Source: Prorocentrum cordatum
Taxonomy: Eukaryota
NCBI GenBank assembly: GCA_963575745.1
Contig: CAUYUJ010000115.1
Coordinates: 434,001 to 498,000, forward strand
Direction: 5' to 3'
Length of the DNA: 64,000 bases
In this document: one piece after another, positions 23,141 through 35,178 of the stretch
How the letters are laid out: every line of letters starts with the position of its first letter
Position numbering within the stretch: the first letter of the stretch is position 1
Program-made: the position numbers and the translations under genes
The notes under the pieces: model-generated
Told to the model about the DNA's origin: nothing
Seen by the model: only the letters and a program-made list of their open reading frames with translations
Database searches by the model: none

Positions 23141-23844
23141 CTCCATTTCTATTCAGGGCCAGGTCCTTGCCTCACCGCCGACAGCCCTCATCCCCACCGA
23201 GGCAATCCTGTCGTTCGATACTTCCTTGTGCTTTACCCTTCGCTGGGTTTCCACTGGCGGTCTCGCATCGGCGCAGCAAGGCGCGTCATGCGTTCCGAGG
23301 CGGGATCTGTTGAAATTCCTCGGAGGAGGTGTTTGCAAGACCTCATTGGGCGGGGTATCTTGGAATGGGAATAACGGCCCCTTCTATAGAACACGAGTCC
23401 ACCATGATGTGGATGGTTATCATGATGGTCGCATATTTCGTCTGGAAACATCGCGCATGCGGGTAAAATGATTGTTGTTGTTGAACTCTCACTGTTGAAG
23501 AATAAGTATTGCTGACCCCCCCGGCTGGTGCATACGAATTTCTCTCAATCAAAATGTGCCCCTCGACGCTCGCACTCTGTTTTCTTTTATCCCGGAAAAT
23601 CTTGAGGCTCAAACTGGGCCCCTGGCCCCCGGGATACAATAACAACGGTTTCCGCCCGAGACTTCCTCGCAATTTAGCCAAGACCCCCGCTCCCCGAGAC
23701 GTCCTCGCATTTTATTCAGGAATCGCGCTGTCGCTTTGGACTTCCTTCCAGTTTATTCAGGAATCGTTCTTCTGGCGCTCTGGAGTCGCGCTCTCGCGCT
23801 CACGCTTAAGACTCCCTCACAGATTACCTCGGAATCGGGATCTC

Positions 23845-24560
23845 GCTGCCCTTCGTGGCCCCGTTGCAGCCCTCCGTGGCCCCCTCGCTGCCCTTCGTGG
23901 CCCTGTTGCAGCCCCTCGTGGCCTTCCCGCTGCCCGTCGTGGCCCCATTGCTGCCATCAGCGGCCCCTCGCTTTGTTTCGTGGTCCCGTTGCAGCCTTTC
24001 GTGGCCCCCTCGCTGCCCTTCGTGGCCCCGTCGCAGCCCTTCGTGGCCCCGTTGCAGCCCGTCGTGGCCCCCTCGCTGCCCTTCGTGGCCCCGTTGCATT
24101 GCTTCGTGGCCCCCTCGTTTTGTTTCGTGGCCTCCTATATGTATACCCTTCGTGGCCCCCGCTCGTTCGCGCCCGCGGTGGCCCCATATGCGTGCCCTTC
24201 GTGGCCCCGCTGTCGCCCTTCGTGGCCCCCTCGCTGCCCTTCGTGGCCCCGTTGCTGCCCTCAGTGGCCCCGTCCTTGCCCTCCGCGGCCCAGTATGCGT
24301 ATGTCCTTCGTGGCCCCCGCTCGGTCGCACCCGTTGTGGCCCCATGTGCGTGCCCTTCGTGGCCCCGCTGTCGCCGTCTGTGCCCCCCTCACTGTCCTAC
24401 GTGGCCCAGTTGCTACCCTCAGTGGCCTCATCGTTGCCTTCTGTAGCCCCACATTACCTGCCCTTCGTGGCCCCCCCTCGTTCGCGCTCTTCGTGGCCCC
24501 ATACGCATTCCCTTCGTGTCCCCGCTGTCGCCCTTCGTGGCCTACTTCGTGTCCCTGTGG
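23845..24560. repeat. 21-bp minisatellite, second copy
   Basis: Same unit and same flanks (gaatcgggatctcgctgc upstream; (GTC)n and cccggcctgcagggaagaaagg downstream) as 18655-19562. Confidence 0.9.
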
Positions 24561-25171
24561 CCCTACTGTCGAACTCTCTCTCGCTCCCGCTTTCGCTCGT
24601 CGTCGTCGTCGCTGTCGTCGTCGTCGTCGCCGTCGTCGTCGGCGTCGCCGTCGTCGTCGTCGTCGTCGCCGTCGTCGGTCCTCTGTCCGTCCCTCTTGGG
24701 GTCGGGTCGACGGTCCGCGGCCGCCCCGCCGATCAGCGCTGCCGCTGGCCAGGCTGACGGTCCGCGACCGCCCCGCCGCTTGCCGGGGCCCGGCCTGCAG
24801 GGAAGAAAGGTATACCCCCCAAAAGGGACTCGATCGAAGACGAAGAGGGTGGGTATCGAGGGTTTGGGAAATATGCGTTATTGGACACTCGAGCAGATAA
24901 GGGCGACCCGTCTTAAAATGATTGTTGTTGTTGATGTTGTTGTTTTTGCTCTTTTCTTGAACTCTCACTACTGAATAACAATTATTGCTGATCCCCCCAT
25001 CCAATGCACATTGTGTTTGTTCAATTGAAATGTCCCTCCCGGCGCTCGCACCCTGTTTTTATAAGGGAAAAGATTCCTCCTCAAACAGTGCCCCTGGCCT
25101 CTGGTTTACAACAACAGCACAGCAACATAAACAACAACAACAGCAACAACAACACAAACAAACAATAGCAA

Positions 25172-25224
<53 letters not shown>

Positions 25225-25889
25225 GCAACAACAACAACAACAGCAACAGCAACAACAACAACAGCAGCAACATCAGCAGCAACAACGACAACAACAACAA
25301 CAACAACAACGGCTCCCGCTTGATACTTCCTCGAAATTTAGTCCAGTCCCCCGCTCCCGCTTGAGACTTCCTCGCAATTTACCCGGGAATCGCGCTTCCG
25401 CCTGAGACGTCCTCGCAATTTGCTCAGGCGCCGCGCCCTTGCCATTCAGGAATCGCGCGTTCGCTGGGGACTTCTTCGAACTTACTTAGGAATCGCCCTC
25501 TCGCTGGAAACTTCCTGGCTAATCACGCAGAACTCACGAAGAAACGTCTACCCACCAAAAATAATATGATCAAACACGAAGAGGGCGGGTATTGAGGGTT
25601 CGGGACAAGCACGCTGAATGACTCTCGAGCACATAAGCGCGAACAATATCCGCCAGCCCCCTTGTGGGGCCACCGGGCTGTAGGGCTAAGGCTCGCAGTT
25701 TCCTGTACCAGTTGCAGCTTCCAGTTTTTCACTGCTGAAGTTCTGCTTCTTGCTGCTTACTGTTCCTTGTTGACTTCTTGCTGATTGCGGTTCCTTGTTG
25801 ATGGACCGCGCGAGGGGGGGAGGCCCAAAACGGGCATTTTTACCACGCCCAAAACGTTTTCTCTGAATTGCTGGGGTAAGTAAAAATTG

Positions 25890-26672
25890 ACACCGCTCAC
25901 GCAGATCGGCGGGGTCAGGGTCCAAAAACATACGGGATGTGCGATATTTCTGAAATTCGGTGGCACCCCTCACGCAGATCCGCAGGGTCAGGGTCCAAAA
26001 ACACATGGGATTTGCCACATGTGTGAAATTCGGTGGGACCCCTCACACAAATCGGCGGGGTCAGGGTCCAAAAACACATGGGATTTGCCATATTTCTCAA
26101 ATTTGCTTGCACCCCTCACGCAGATCGGCGGGTCAGGGTCCACTTCTCTGTCTCGACCCTTCCAGTAAGCGAGCATCCTCGAGAGAGGCTTGGTCGGACT
26201 CTTCGGGGAGTTCTGCGACGCCAGCGGTTCGACTGGCTGGCGGGCAAAGGGCAGCGTCGAGTGCACGACAAAGGCCATCCCGACCGCACCGAGGACGGAT
26301 GGTGGAGGACACATTGGATTTGCCACATTTCTGACATTCGGTGGCACCCCTCACGCAGATCGGCGGGGTCAGGGTGTAAAAACACAAAGGATTTGCCACG
26401 TTTCTAAAATTCGGGCCCCTCACGCAGGTCGGCGGGGTCAGGGTCCAAAACCATACGGGATGTGCCACATTTCTGAAATTCGGTGGCGTCCCCTACGCAG
26501 ATCGGCAGTGTCAGGGTCCAAAAACATACGGGATGTACCACAATGCTGAAATTCGATGGCACCCCTCACGCAGATTCGTAGGGTCGGGGTCCGAAAACAC
26601 ACGGGATTTGCTACATTTCTGAAATTGGCGGCACCCCTCACGCAGATCCGTAGGGTCAGGGTCGAAAAACAA
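25890..26672. repeat. ~73-bp tandem repeat interrupted by unique sequence at ~26142-26305
   Basis: tcagggtcc at 25915, 25988 and 26061; array resumes at ~26310. Confidence 0.85.
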
Positions 26673-26807
26673 ACAGGTCCCGACACTGCTTCACGGCGGC
26701 GCCCAGACCTCATGATTTAGCTTTGCATCTCCCATTATCCGAGACAGGGGGCCGGCGGCAGTGTTCTGAAAGCCCTTTACGAATTTAAATATTGTGTTGA
26801 AACATTA

Positions 26808-27180
26808 TAATTACTTCTAAAGAATAATTATTGTTGGGCCCCCTGGTGCACGCCCCCCCTGCGCCGCCTAGGCCGCAGCTACATTTTCATCATTTTCGTG
26901 AGGAAGCCTCAGGTAAAACGATGTGATCCAGATCCGGTTGTTTTGTTCCCCCCGCTTTCCCTTGCAAAAAACACTATAAAATGACATTTCTTGTTCTAAT
27001 ATAATCAAATTTCAAGAATCCCTTGCAAAAAATAAGGTAAAGTGAACATTCGCGCGCGCAAGACGAAATCCTTCCAAAAGCTTAGTGTTCGGAGCGATTT
27101 TAACATAAAAACATCAAAAAACCAATGGTTTTCAACAAAAAAATGTCAAAATCTCATCCCGCGCGCTCTTGCGGATTCGT
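26808..27180 (+). repeat. AT-rich dispersed repeat, second copy at 49556-49926
   Basis: ttacttctaaagaat...ccccctggtgcacgcccccc...tcaaatttcaagaatcccttgcaaaaaataaggtaaagtg...cgcgcgctcttgcggattc shared. Confidence 0.85.
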
Positions 27181-28181
27181 AGGAAAACCAACACTTTTTA
27201 AACATTTCTGTCAAACGGGCTTTTGCGAGCAACTTTTTCGAACTTCTGCGACAACGGTTGCGCACCTGCCAGGGCATCATCCCTGTCAAATAATACCATG
27301 CGGGACACATTCGTTTTTTCTTCGCGCGCGCACGCCGAAATCTCCAAAAACCATTGGGCTTCTTAAGAATTTTAGCACCGCGCATCATAAAATCACACGA
27401 ATCGCACCGTAGGTCCTCGAAAAACAGCTGCACGACTTTTCAAAATTTCCACCCGCGCGCGCTGTCCGAATCCTAAAAAAACCAATGGTTTTCCAACATT
27501 TATGTTACATGAGCTCGAGCGAGCTACTTTCGCACGCTCTTACAACGGGGTTCGCGCGCCTGCCAGGGTGCCCCCCCCACCCCCATCCCATAATCCCCCA
27601 CCATCATCATCCATCCCCCCCCACCCACATCACCCCACCATTTTTAAAAACATAACCATACACACCCCATACCTCCCCATAACCCATCCACCATACCCCA
27701 TTGTGCCTCATCCCCACCCCCATACCCCATTCCCCATACCCCATTCCCCCCCCCCCCCCCCCAACCACACACCCCCCCAGCCCCCATACCTCCCCCCCAC
27801 CACCCCACCCATCCCCCCCACACCCCTGCCCCCCCCTCCCCCCCCCCATACATACATCCATAATCCCTTGCGGTTGCGCAATAGGTTGCGCCCTCGGCCG
27901 CCGAGAATAAAACGCCCTCCTATTGGTTGCGCCATAGGTTGCGCCCTCGGCCGCCGAGAATAAAACGCTCCCGACTGGTTGCGCCATAGGTTGCCCCAGG
28001 AGGCCTTCAAGAGGCCCCAAGAGCCCGCCGTGAGGACCCAATAAGCCCCCAAGAGGCCCCAAGATGCTTCCAAGAAGCCCCCCAAAGCTCAAGAGGACCC
28101 CAAGCGGCTCCAGGAGGCTTCCCCCCTACCCCAAGAGGACCCCAAGCGGCCCCAGGAAGCCTCCGACTGATCACTGTCACA

Positions 28182-28203
28182 TCCGTAGCCATCTCGGATC
28201 AAG
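28182..28203 (+). other. Relic dinoflagellate spliced leader (DinoSL)
   Basis: tccgtagccatctcggatcaag versus DCCGTAGCCATTTTGGCTCAAG, 19/22 identical, ending 26 nt before ATG 28230. Confidence 0.8.
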
Positions 28204-28229
28204 GAATCGCCTGTGTTCTTGGATGGGTC

Positions 28230-31170
28230 ATGGCTTTGTCGGCGAAAGCCCTTGACGACCAGTATGGCCCAGAGCTGTCGCGGCCTCCCTTGGCTGACTG
28301 CGGCAGCCCGTATTATTTGCATCAGGCGCTCGTTGCAAAGGGTATCCAGGTCAGTCACCAGGCGTGCAAGCTTTGGTGGTGCAAGTATCGGGTTGTGCCT
28401 GGCACGGTCAGTATATCTAGCGCCACGGAGCTGGAGGAGCACCACGGCTCTGCCATCCGCCACCTGGGCATCGAGTATAATACAGCTTTTAAATTATGCG
28501 GGGCGCTCCGACAGTTGGATCCACCACTGTATGTGTCAAATAAGGTCGCAACGACGTGGTTACTGCAGTATTCTTCCAAAGAGACGCTTGTCAAAGTGCA
28601 GAACGCTGGCCATCTGGAGACCTGGCATGGAGAACGTATTCGCACAGACATGCCCGAGGGGACAACTGACGGGGCCGTCTTGAAGCAGTGGCTCCTGGGA
28701 CATTTATCTGTATCTGCTGACGCCAGGGTATGTCAGAAGTGGCTCAGCACGGACTGGGGCGCCAAGGGAGCATTGAATACTGCCCAAGCTGTGGAGGAAT
28801 GTATAGGCCTGCGTCTTCGACTCAATCAGTATCGGGAGAGCTTTGCCGACGAGGCCGCCGCGGAGGTCCTCTCGCAGATGCTCTCGGAGAGCGACCCTCC
28901 CGTCGCTGTCAGCGGTATGGTTTTGAGGCAATGGTACGTGAAGTATCACCCTGACTCCGGACCTTTGCAGTATGACACGGCTGACAAGCTCGACGCGGCA
29001 CTTGGTGACCACATGCGCGCGGTATATCCAGGGCTGAAGTACCACACCTTGCATACCGTGTTGCGTATGCGACGGAAAGCTGTCTTGGTGTCCCGAGGAG
29101 TGTTGAGACAGTGGTGCGATGCGTATGCGTCGGTGAGCTCTTCAGTGCAGGCGACGGCTTCATCCGCCCAGGCCGTCACCAGGCGTGTATTGAAGCGCCC
29201 GGCGGCGCGGGTCGCAGGCGGGGTATTGAAACGGCCAGCCGCCGCCGGATCTGCCCGCGTGGCCAAACGGCCTGCCGCGGTCGACTGGGAGGAGCCCGTA
29301 ACCAAGCAGCAGGCCACGGCAGCTTCTTCCTCAACAGATGTGGTTCGTATGACGCTGATGACGGTGGAGGCTCTAGAGGCGGCATGCGGCAAGCGGTATC
29401 GAGAGGAGGTCTCCGACCTGGGCCTTGGCCTCGACTACCGGAATATGCAGGTGCGTCTGAAGGCCTGGGGGTATGAGACGGGTCCGAATGTCTGTCGAGA
29501 GTGGTTTGGCAGGTATCGCCTCGGAGACGGTGCCAAACACGGCAATTCCGCCGTCTACGCGCTGTCGCGCAGGGACCTCCAGTACTGGTATCACGTAGAA
29601 GGCTTGAGGGGGCGAGCGCTGGTGGACAAGTATCGCGCGGAGACCGGGGTATTTGCCCATTGCGCTAATCTTCAGACGTGGCTGAAGGCGCCCTCTCAGC
29701 AGCTGGCACTACTGGAGAATGCTGAGGACATACATCGCCACGTATGCGGGGAGTTTGTCCTGGAGCAGCTGCAGAAGGGCGTCTCGGCCGAGGAGGTGAA
29801 AAAGCAGTTATTGGCGCAGTATCTCGTTGATTGCAGGACCACGCAGCGGCTCATAGCGTATCGTCGCTATCGCGAGCAGCGTGGCGAATACTGGACCAGC
29901 GACCACCTGGAGCAGCACGAGTGGGAGTTCTTGTATTCCTTCGTCTCTCTGGATAGCAAGCTCGGGCACACCTGGGGGGTTGCTCCCTCTCTGCGCGCCC
30001 GGGCCAGATCTGCTCTGGAGACTGTGCGTATATCCTTATGTGAGCGCTTGGGCGTGGCGGAAGAGTTGGTGCCTTTGCACAATCTTGCGGTATTTTTTGG
30101 AGAACACGAACGGCATGCCAGGTTGGCTCTCGAGTATCCGGATGCTTTCGTATACAAGGATGTGCTGCCAGGCCCTGTGTTGGAGGCCTACGAGAAGACC
30201 TTCCAGGGCCAGGTGCTGCCCAGGACTGCGCACGCGTGTATCTCCGACAAAGAGCACGGCTGGTATGCGAGAGCTTGCAGCGTGGCGACAGCTGACCGGT
30301 GCATAGTATTCCCGAAAATGGCGGCGGACGCTTGTCTTGTTGCTGCGTATGCCATGTTGAAGTGCCAGGAGGTATTTCAGCGACAGTCTTGGTCCATGTC
30401 ATTACTCACCAGTATCCAGGCCACCTACCATAAGCAGTATAATTTGACGGATTTTGCGTTCTGGGTGTGCTACGGGAGTTGGTCCGCTTGCGAGGCCTGC
30501 GGCTCGTTCTTCTTTAATGACGAGTATTTCTCGAATCGTGTATATCAGGACCGCAGCACGTCGGAGCAACCAGACATGCTGGCGGCGTATCGTCGGCAAG
30601 TACCGCACGACCCAGTGGTGCACGCCTGTGGCCAAGTTGGTATATCTTCGAGATGGTGGTATAAGCCAGGCATGTATACGCCTGTGGTTGCCACATGCCC
30701 TTGCTGTTCTGGCAAAGAGACCCCTCTCGAGAAGTTCAACCGGCGTATGCAGAACCACGGCAAGGCCCTCAAGGTAGCAAAGACGTCGGAGCTGTATTGG
30801 ATCCCCTTGGCCACGAAGTCGGGCTACGAGGCAAAGGAGTGTATCAGCTGGCCTCGGTATTCCTTTGGGCAGTTTTCGCTGGACCACACCACTGGACCCT
30901 GTATGCATGAGATGACCGTGGACGAATGTCGTGCTCTGAGCATCGTCGTATTGAAGACCTCCGTGCAGCAGGAGCGGTATGGCGCCGCGCACCAGTTCAA
31001 CTGGAAGAAGGTGGGGCTCTCGCGCGCGTATTTCAAGAAGGACCTGGTCTGCGAAGCGAGTCTGCCTACGGAGCGGTGCAAGGCTGCGTATCACTTCTTG
31101 AGGGAGCACAGCAAGTATTACCGCGTCCTCCTGACGGAACAGAGGATCCGCGCGGGCAGGGGCTCCCACC

Positions 31171-31226
<56 letters not shown>

Positions 31227-31229
31227 CAA

Positions 31230-31260
<31 letters not shown>

Positions 31261-31282
31261 ACGGCGACGACGACGGCGACGA

Positions 31283-31324
<42 letters not shown>

Positions 31325-34300
31325 ACGATGACGACGAGATCGACGGCGACGTAGACGATCGCGAGGTTGACCAACCAAAAAAAAAAAGAAAAAAAAAAAA
31401 AAAACAACAATAAAATAGCTTTCTGACGTCCCAGAGGATCCGTATCGAGAACCGCAGCTCCTTGAACCTGTCCTCCTACGACCTCTTTGTGGTCATGAAA
31501 GGTATCGAGTGTGCCATGTATCCCGTCTTGTACCCGACCACGGACTTCACAGATACGGGTATAATGGAGCACTACTATGCCGAGACCCAGGACAGCACGA
31601 ACCGTGTGGTATCCATCGGCCTGTCTTGGGCTCGGAAGGTGCTGTCCAGTGCCCGCGTATATGGCGAGCAGCGGGACCTGCCGTTCTTCCTGTACGAGAA
31701 GCACTTGGCGAACAAGTATTTCAATGCACAAGTCCGTGCCAAGAGCCTCGGCGTCACTGGGGATGTCATGTCTCGGGACTCGCAGGCGTCTACGGGGTTT
31801 TGGGAGATTGTGCAAGACTCCCTCGCTGATCTTGTGCGTATCATGCTCGTGCGCTGCTACGACGAGAAGAATTATGAGGCCCTGTATCAACACTGCCGGA
31901 ATATTCGGGGACAGGTCTGGCTGTGCGCGTTTCCGAACTTGTTCATCACCATCGCGCCCGCGGAGTGGAAGTTCCCGAGGCCGTATTTCATGGAGCCGTA
32001 CCTTCGCTGTATTTTTGCTGGTGCGTATATGATGTCACTTCATATGTACTACCTGGTTCGCTGTATCTGGCTGTTCCTGGCGAACCGCTGGGGCCACAAG
32101 TACTTCATCGTTTACGAGTGGTGTATGAAGACCGAGTACCAAGGCCGTGGCACCCCGCACTGGCACATCTGCGCGTGGGTTGTATGCTTTGGGCTGTTGT
32201 AGTATCTCCAGGGGCGCACCGGGACGGCTGTCGTGTCGGCATTCGTCAAGTTCCTCTCGCTTGTATTCTGCGCCGAGATAGATGTTCAGATAGGCAACGG
32301 CCGGCTCAACTACATTTCAGGGTATGTCGCGAAGGACCACGATGCCGTCGACGTCGGGCTCGGCGAGTATGTGCAGAAGAATGCGAACAGCTCCTGGCTG
32401 ACCGCGTATCGCTTGCTCAGCAAGAGCAGCCCGTGCCTGCCGGAAGTGGCCATCCGTTTGGCGCAATTGTCGGAGTTTGAGCGGTCCTACTCTCATGTAT
32501 TGCTGTATCCACCGCAGCCGGCAGCCATGGTGAATTACGACGGGCGGCAGGGTAACTTTTCCTCGAGGATGTATGGCTTTTACCTTCAGGAGAAGAGGGA
32601 GCAGCTGGTCGCAGGGGTTCCCGTATCGGACAGTTTCTTGGTATGGCACCGTGGCAGGGAGTATGATTCCTGCAACCACTGCGTGCATTTTCGTGGCGGC
32701 CGACATAATCAAAGGTATGAACCTACGCAAGTGGTCGCCTGCAGGTATTGGTACGAGCTGACGGACGGGTACTGGGGCCAGCATTCACTGACTATGCTGC
32801 CACATGTATACGCTTCACAATTACTCCCTCGGACGTTCAATCACCTGGACAGTATGAAGAATTTCGTGGGCATGATCGAGTATCTCATGTCCTGGAATTG
32901 GTCCGGCACTGTTGGTATCGTGGAGACGTCGTGTGATCTCAAATTCCACACTCAAGCGCTGCCGATGCGTGTGGGCGATGATGGCCAGATACTCACATTC
33001 GGCTCTGAGTATACTGCAGGAGAGCCTGTATTTGCCAATGACAGGGCAGCATTCGAGTATCTGCTCTCGCTGGCCCGACGCGATCTGCAATTTCGCGGTA
33101 TGCGCGATGAGCGTGTCGGCTGCTTTGAGCAGAAGCAACACGCGAATTTTCTGCTGTATCAGCGTGTTGCTCGATGCAATAACGCGCCAGAGTATGAGTG
33201 CCTTCGGCAGGAGTGGGATACCTTGAACAGGCCGAAGTATCAGCAGCGCACGTGGAGCCCAGAGCAGGCTGATGCCATCGAGCGGGTCAAGAAGGCTGTG
33301 TCGCTGGAGGACGAGGAGGAGAAGCAGAACAGCAAGCGTTTCTTGTATATCTCTGGACCGCCCGGCAGTGGGAAGACGGCAGTATTGTTGGAGCTGGCCA
33401 TTTGGGCATGTGAGTCTCTTCAGGTTTTGATCGTGTGCCCCACCGGGTATCTCGTGCACCAGTACAAGTCCAAGCTGCCCGACAGACCTGGTATCGAGAA
33501 TATCCGAGTGGACACGATACAAGGAGTCTTGAAGTATAAGAGGGCCGGCAAGGACGGCAAGGTCCGCTGGGCCCCACCCTCGGCTTTGAGAAGTATTGAT
33601 TTGATTCTTTGCGATGAAGGGAGCCAGTATGAAGACCAGGAATGGATGCGGTTTTTCGCCTCGGTGCGGGAGCAGCCGCACAAACCCTTCACTGCTATCG
33701 TGGCCGATTTTAAGCAGTTACAGCCAGTATTGAGCGGGGGCCAGTGCGAGCACTTCTGCAACCAAATGGACAAGGTCGACTTGAAAACCGTGTATCGCAC
33801 CGCTGACAAGCAGCACTTGGTTTTCCTGAATCGTATACGTGAGGCTCAGCCAGATCGAGCGGTTTTGACTGAGTATTTTGGAGACCGCCACTGGCATCAT
33901 GAGTGCTTGGAGGCCTGTGTTGAGCGCGGTATGGCGTTGGCGGCGGAGACAGGGCATCCGTTTTCTTGGCTCACGTGTACGAACGCGGGCTCGGCGGAGG
34001 TATGCAGAGCGGCGCTGGCATTACTCGGCATTAGTGAGGCCGATCTGAAAAAGGGTGGGTATTGCGACCCGACCACGAAGTCCGTCTTACGCATTCTGGC
34101 CAGACCTGGTATCGTCATTCGCCTGAGTCGGAACTTTGACAAACAGCGGGGCTTTGTGAATGGGGCGTTGGCCACGGTATGCGAGTCGCTTCGTGGACAC
34201 TCAGTGTTTACAGCCAGGCTGGTGGGTACGGGCAACATGGTATTGGTGCACCCCATCGAGGAGAACGGAGAGGTATTCCTGCCTTGCTGCTACGGGTATG

Positions 34301-35178
34301 CGACCACGGTGCGTCGAGCGCAGGGCGCGGATCTCTTTCACGGGTGTGTATATTTCGAGCAGAAGAAGAGAGTGGCTACGAGAGGGTATGGCTACGTTGC
34401 CTGCAGTCGCTTCAAGTCTCGCGAGGGCTGCCATGTATTCGGCAAGCTCCGCCGCAGTGACTTCCTGCCGGCTGGGCCCGAGCAGGAGGGCGAGATTTTG
34501 GAGCGCGGGTATGACTCTGTATCGTCATCTGACGACGAGGGGAAAGGCATGGAGTATGCTCTTGCAGATCAAGGTGAGTATGACGCGGACCCTGTTGTAT
34601 CCATGGACATGGGCAACAACCTCGTGGACTCCTTGTTTTTTTTTTTTTTTTTTTCCCTTTATTTTTCTTCTTTTCCTTTTTTCTTTTTCTTCTCCTGTCT
34701 TTCTTTATTTTTTTGTCTATTTTTTTTTTTTTATTTTGTCCTTCTTTTTTTGTTTTTTTTCTTTGTTCTCTTCCATATTATCGTTATTTTCATTCCTTCT
34801 CTCTCTTTTCTTTCTTTCTATTTTTTTTTTTCTTTTTTTGCTTTTTTCGTTTTTTTTCTTTTTTTCTTTTTTTTTTTTTTTTTCATTTTTTCTTTTTTTC
34901 TCTTTTTTTTGTTGATTTTTTTCTTTCTTTTCTTGTCTTTTTCTTTGTTGTTTTTATTTTTTTTCTTTTTCCTCGTGAGCACAGAGGATCCGGCAGATGT
35001 ATCCAAGACTGAGTGCAAGCGTACCCTTGCAGACTTTGCTGCAGGTGCCAGTGCGGAGGCTGGCGATGCTCCAGTGTATGAGGAGATGGGCGTATGCAGT
35101 GAGCTTCCAGTGAGGGAAGAAGTGCGGGGCGAGAACGGCGAGCTGCTGGTGTACGGCGGCACGGCGACGCCGGAGTGA
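28230..35178 (+). pseudogene. Helitron-like Rep(HUH, two-Tyr)-PIF1 helicase transposase, ~2100-2200 codons; interrupted by a 292-nt insert, one TAG and a 351-nt T-rich insert
   Basis: Rep motif 1 FITIAP (31942-31959), HUH motif EYQGRGTPHWH (32134-32166), YISGYVAK (32311-32334), PEVAIRL; Zn-finger-like CEAC (30489) and CPCC (30696); helicase GPPGSGKT (33355-33378), LILCDE, ADFKQLQPV, LKTVYR, RNFDKQRGFVNG, YATTVRRAQG, YVACSR. ORFs 31462 and 32233 share a frame across TAG 32200-32202; removing 31145-31436 joins ORF 28230 in frame. Confidence 0.9.

Noticed and set aside
31160..31331. Poly-Asp tail and stop ending a separate 1033-aa protein
   Set aside because: Lies within the 292-nt insert; removing it fuses the ORF to the Rep domain.
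34627..34970. Phe-rich transmembrane domain at the helicase C-terminus
   Set aside because: It is the translation of a T-rich insert bounded by a direct repeat.
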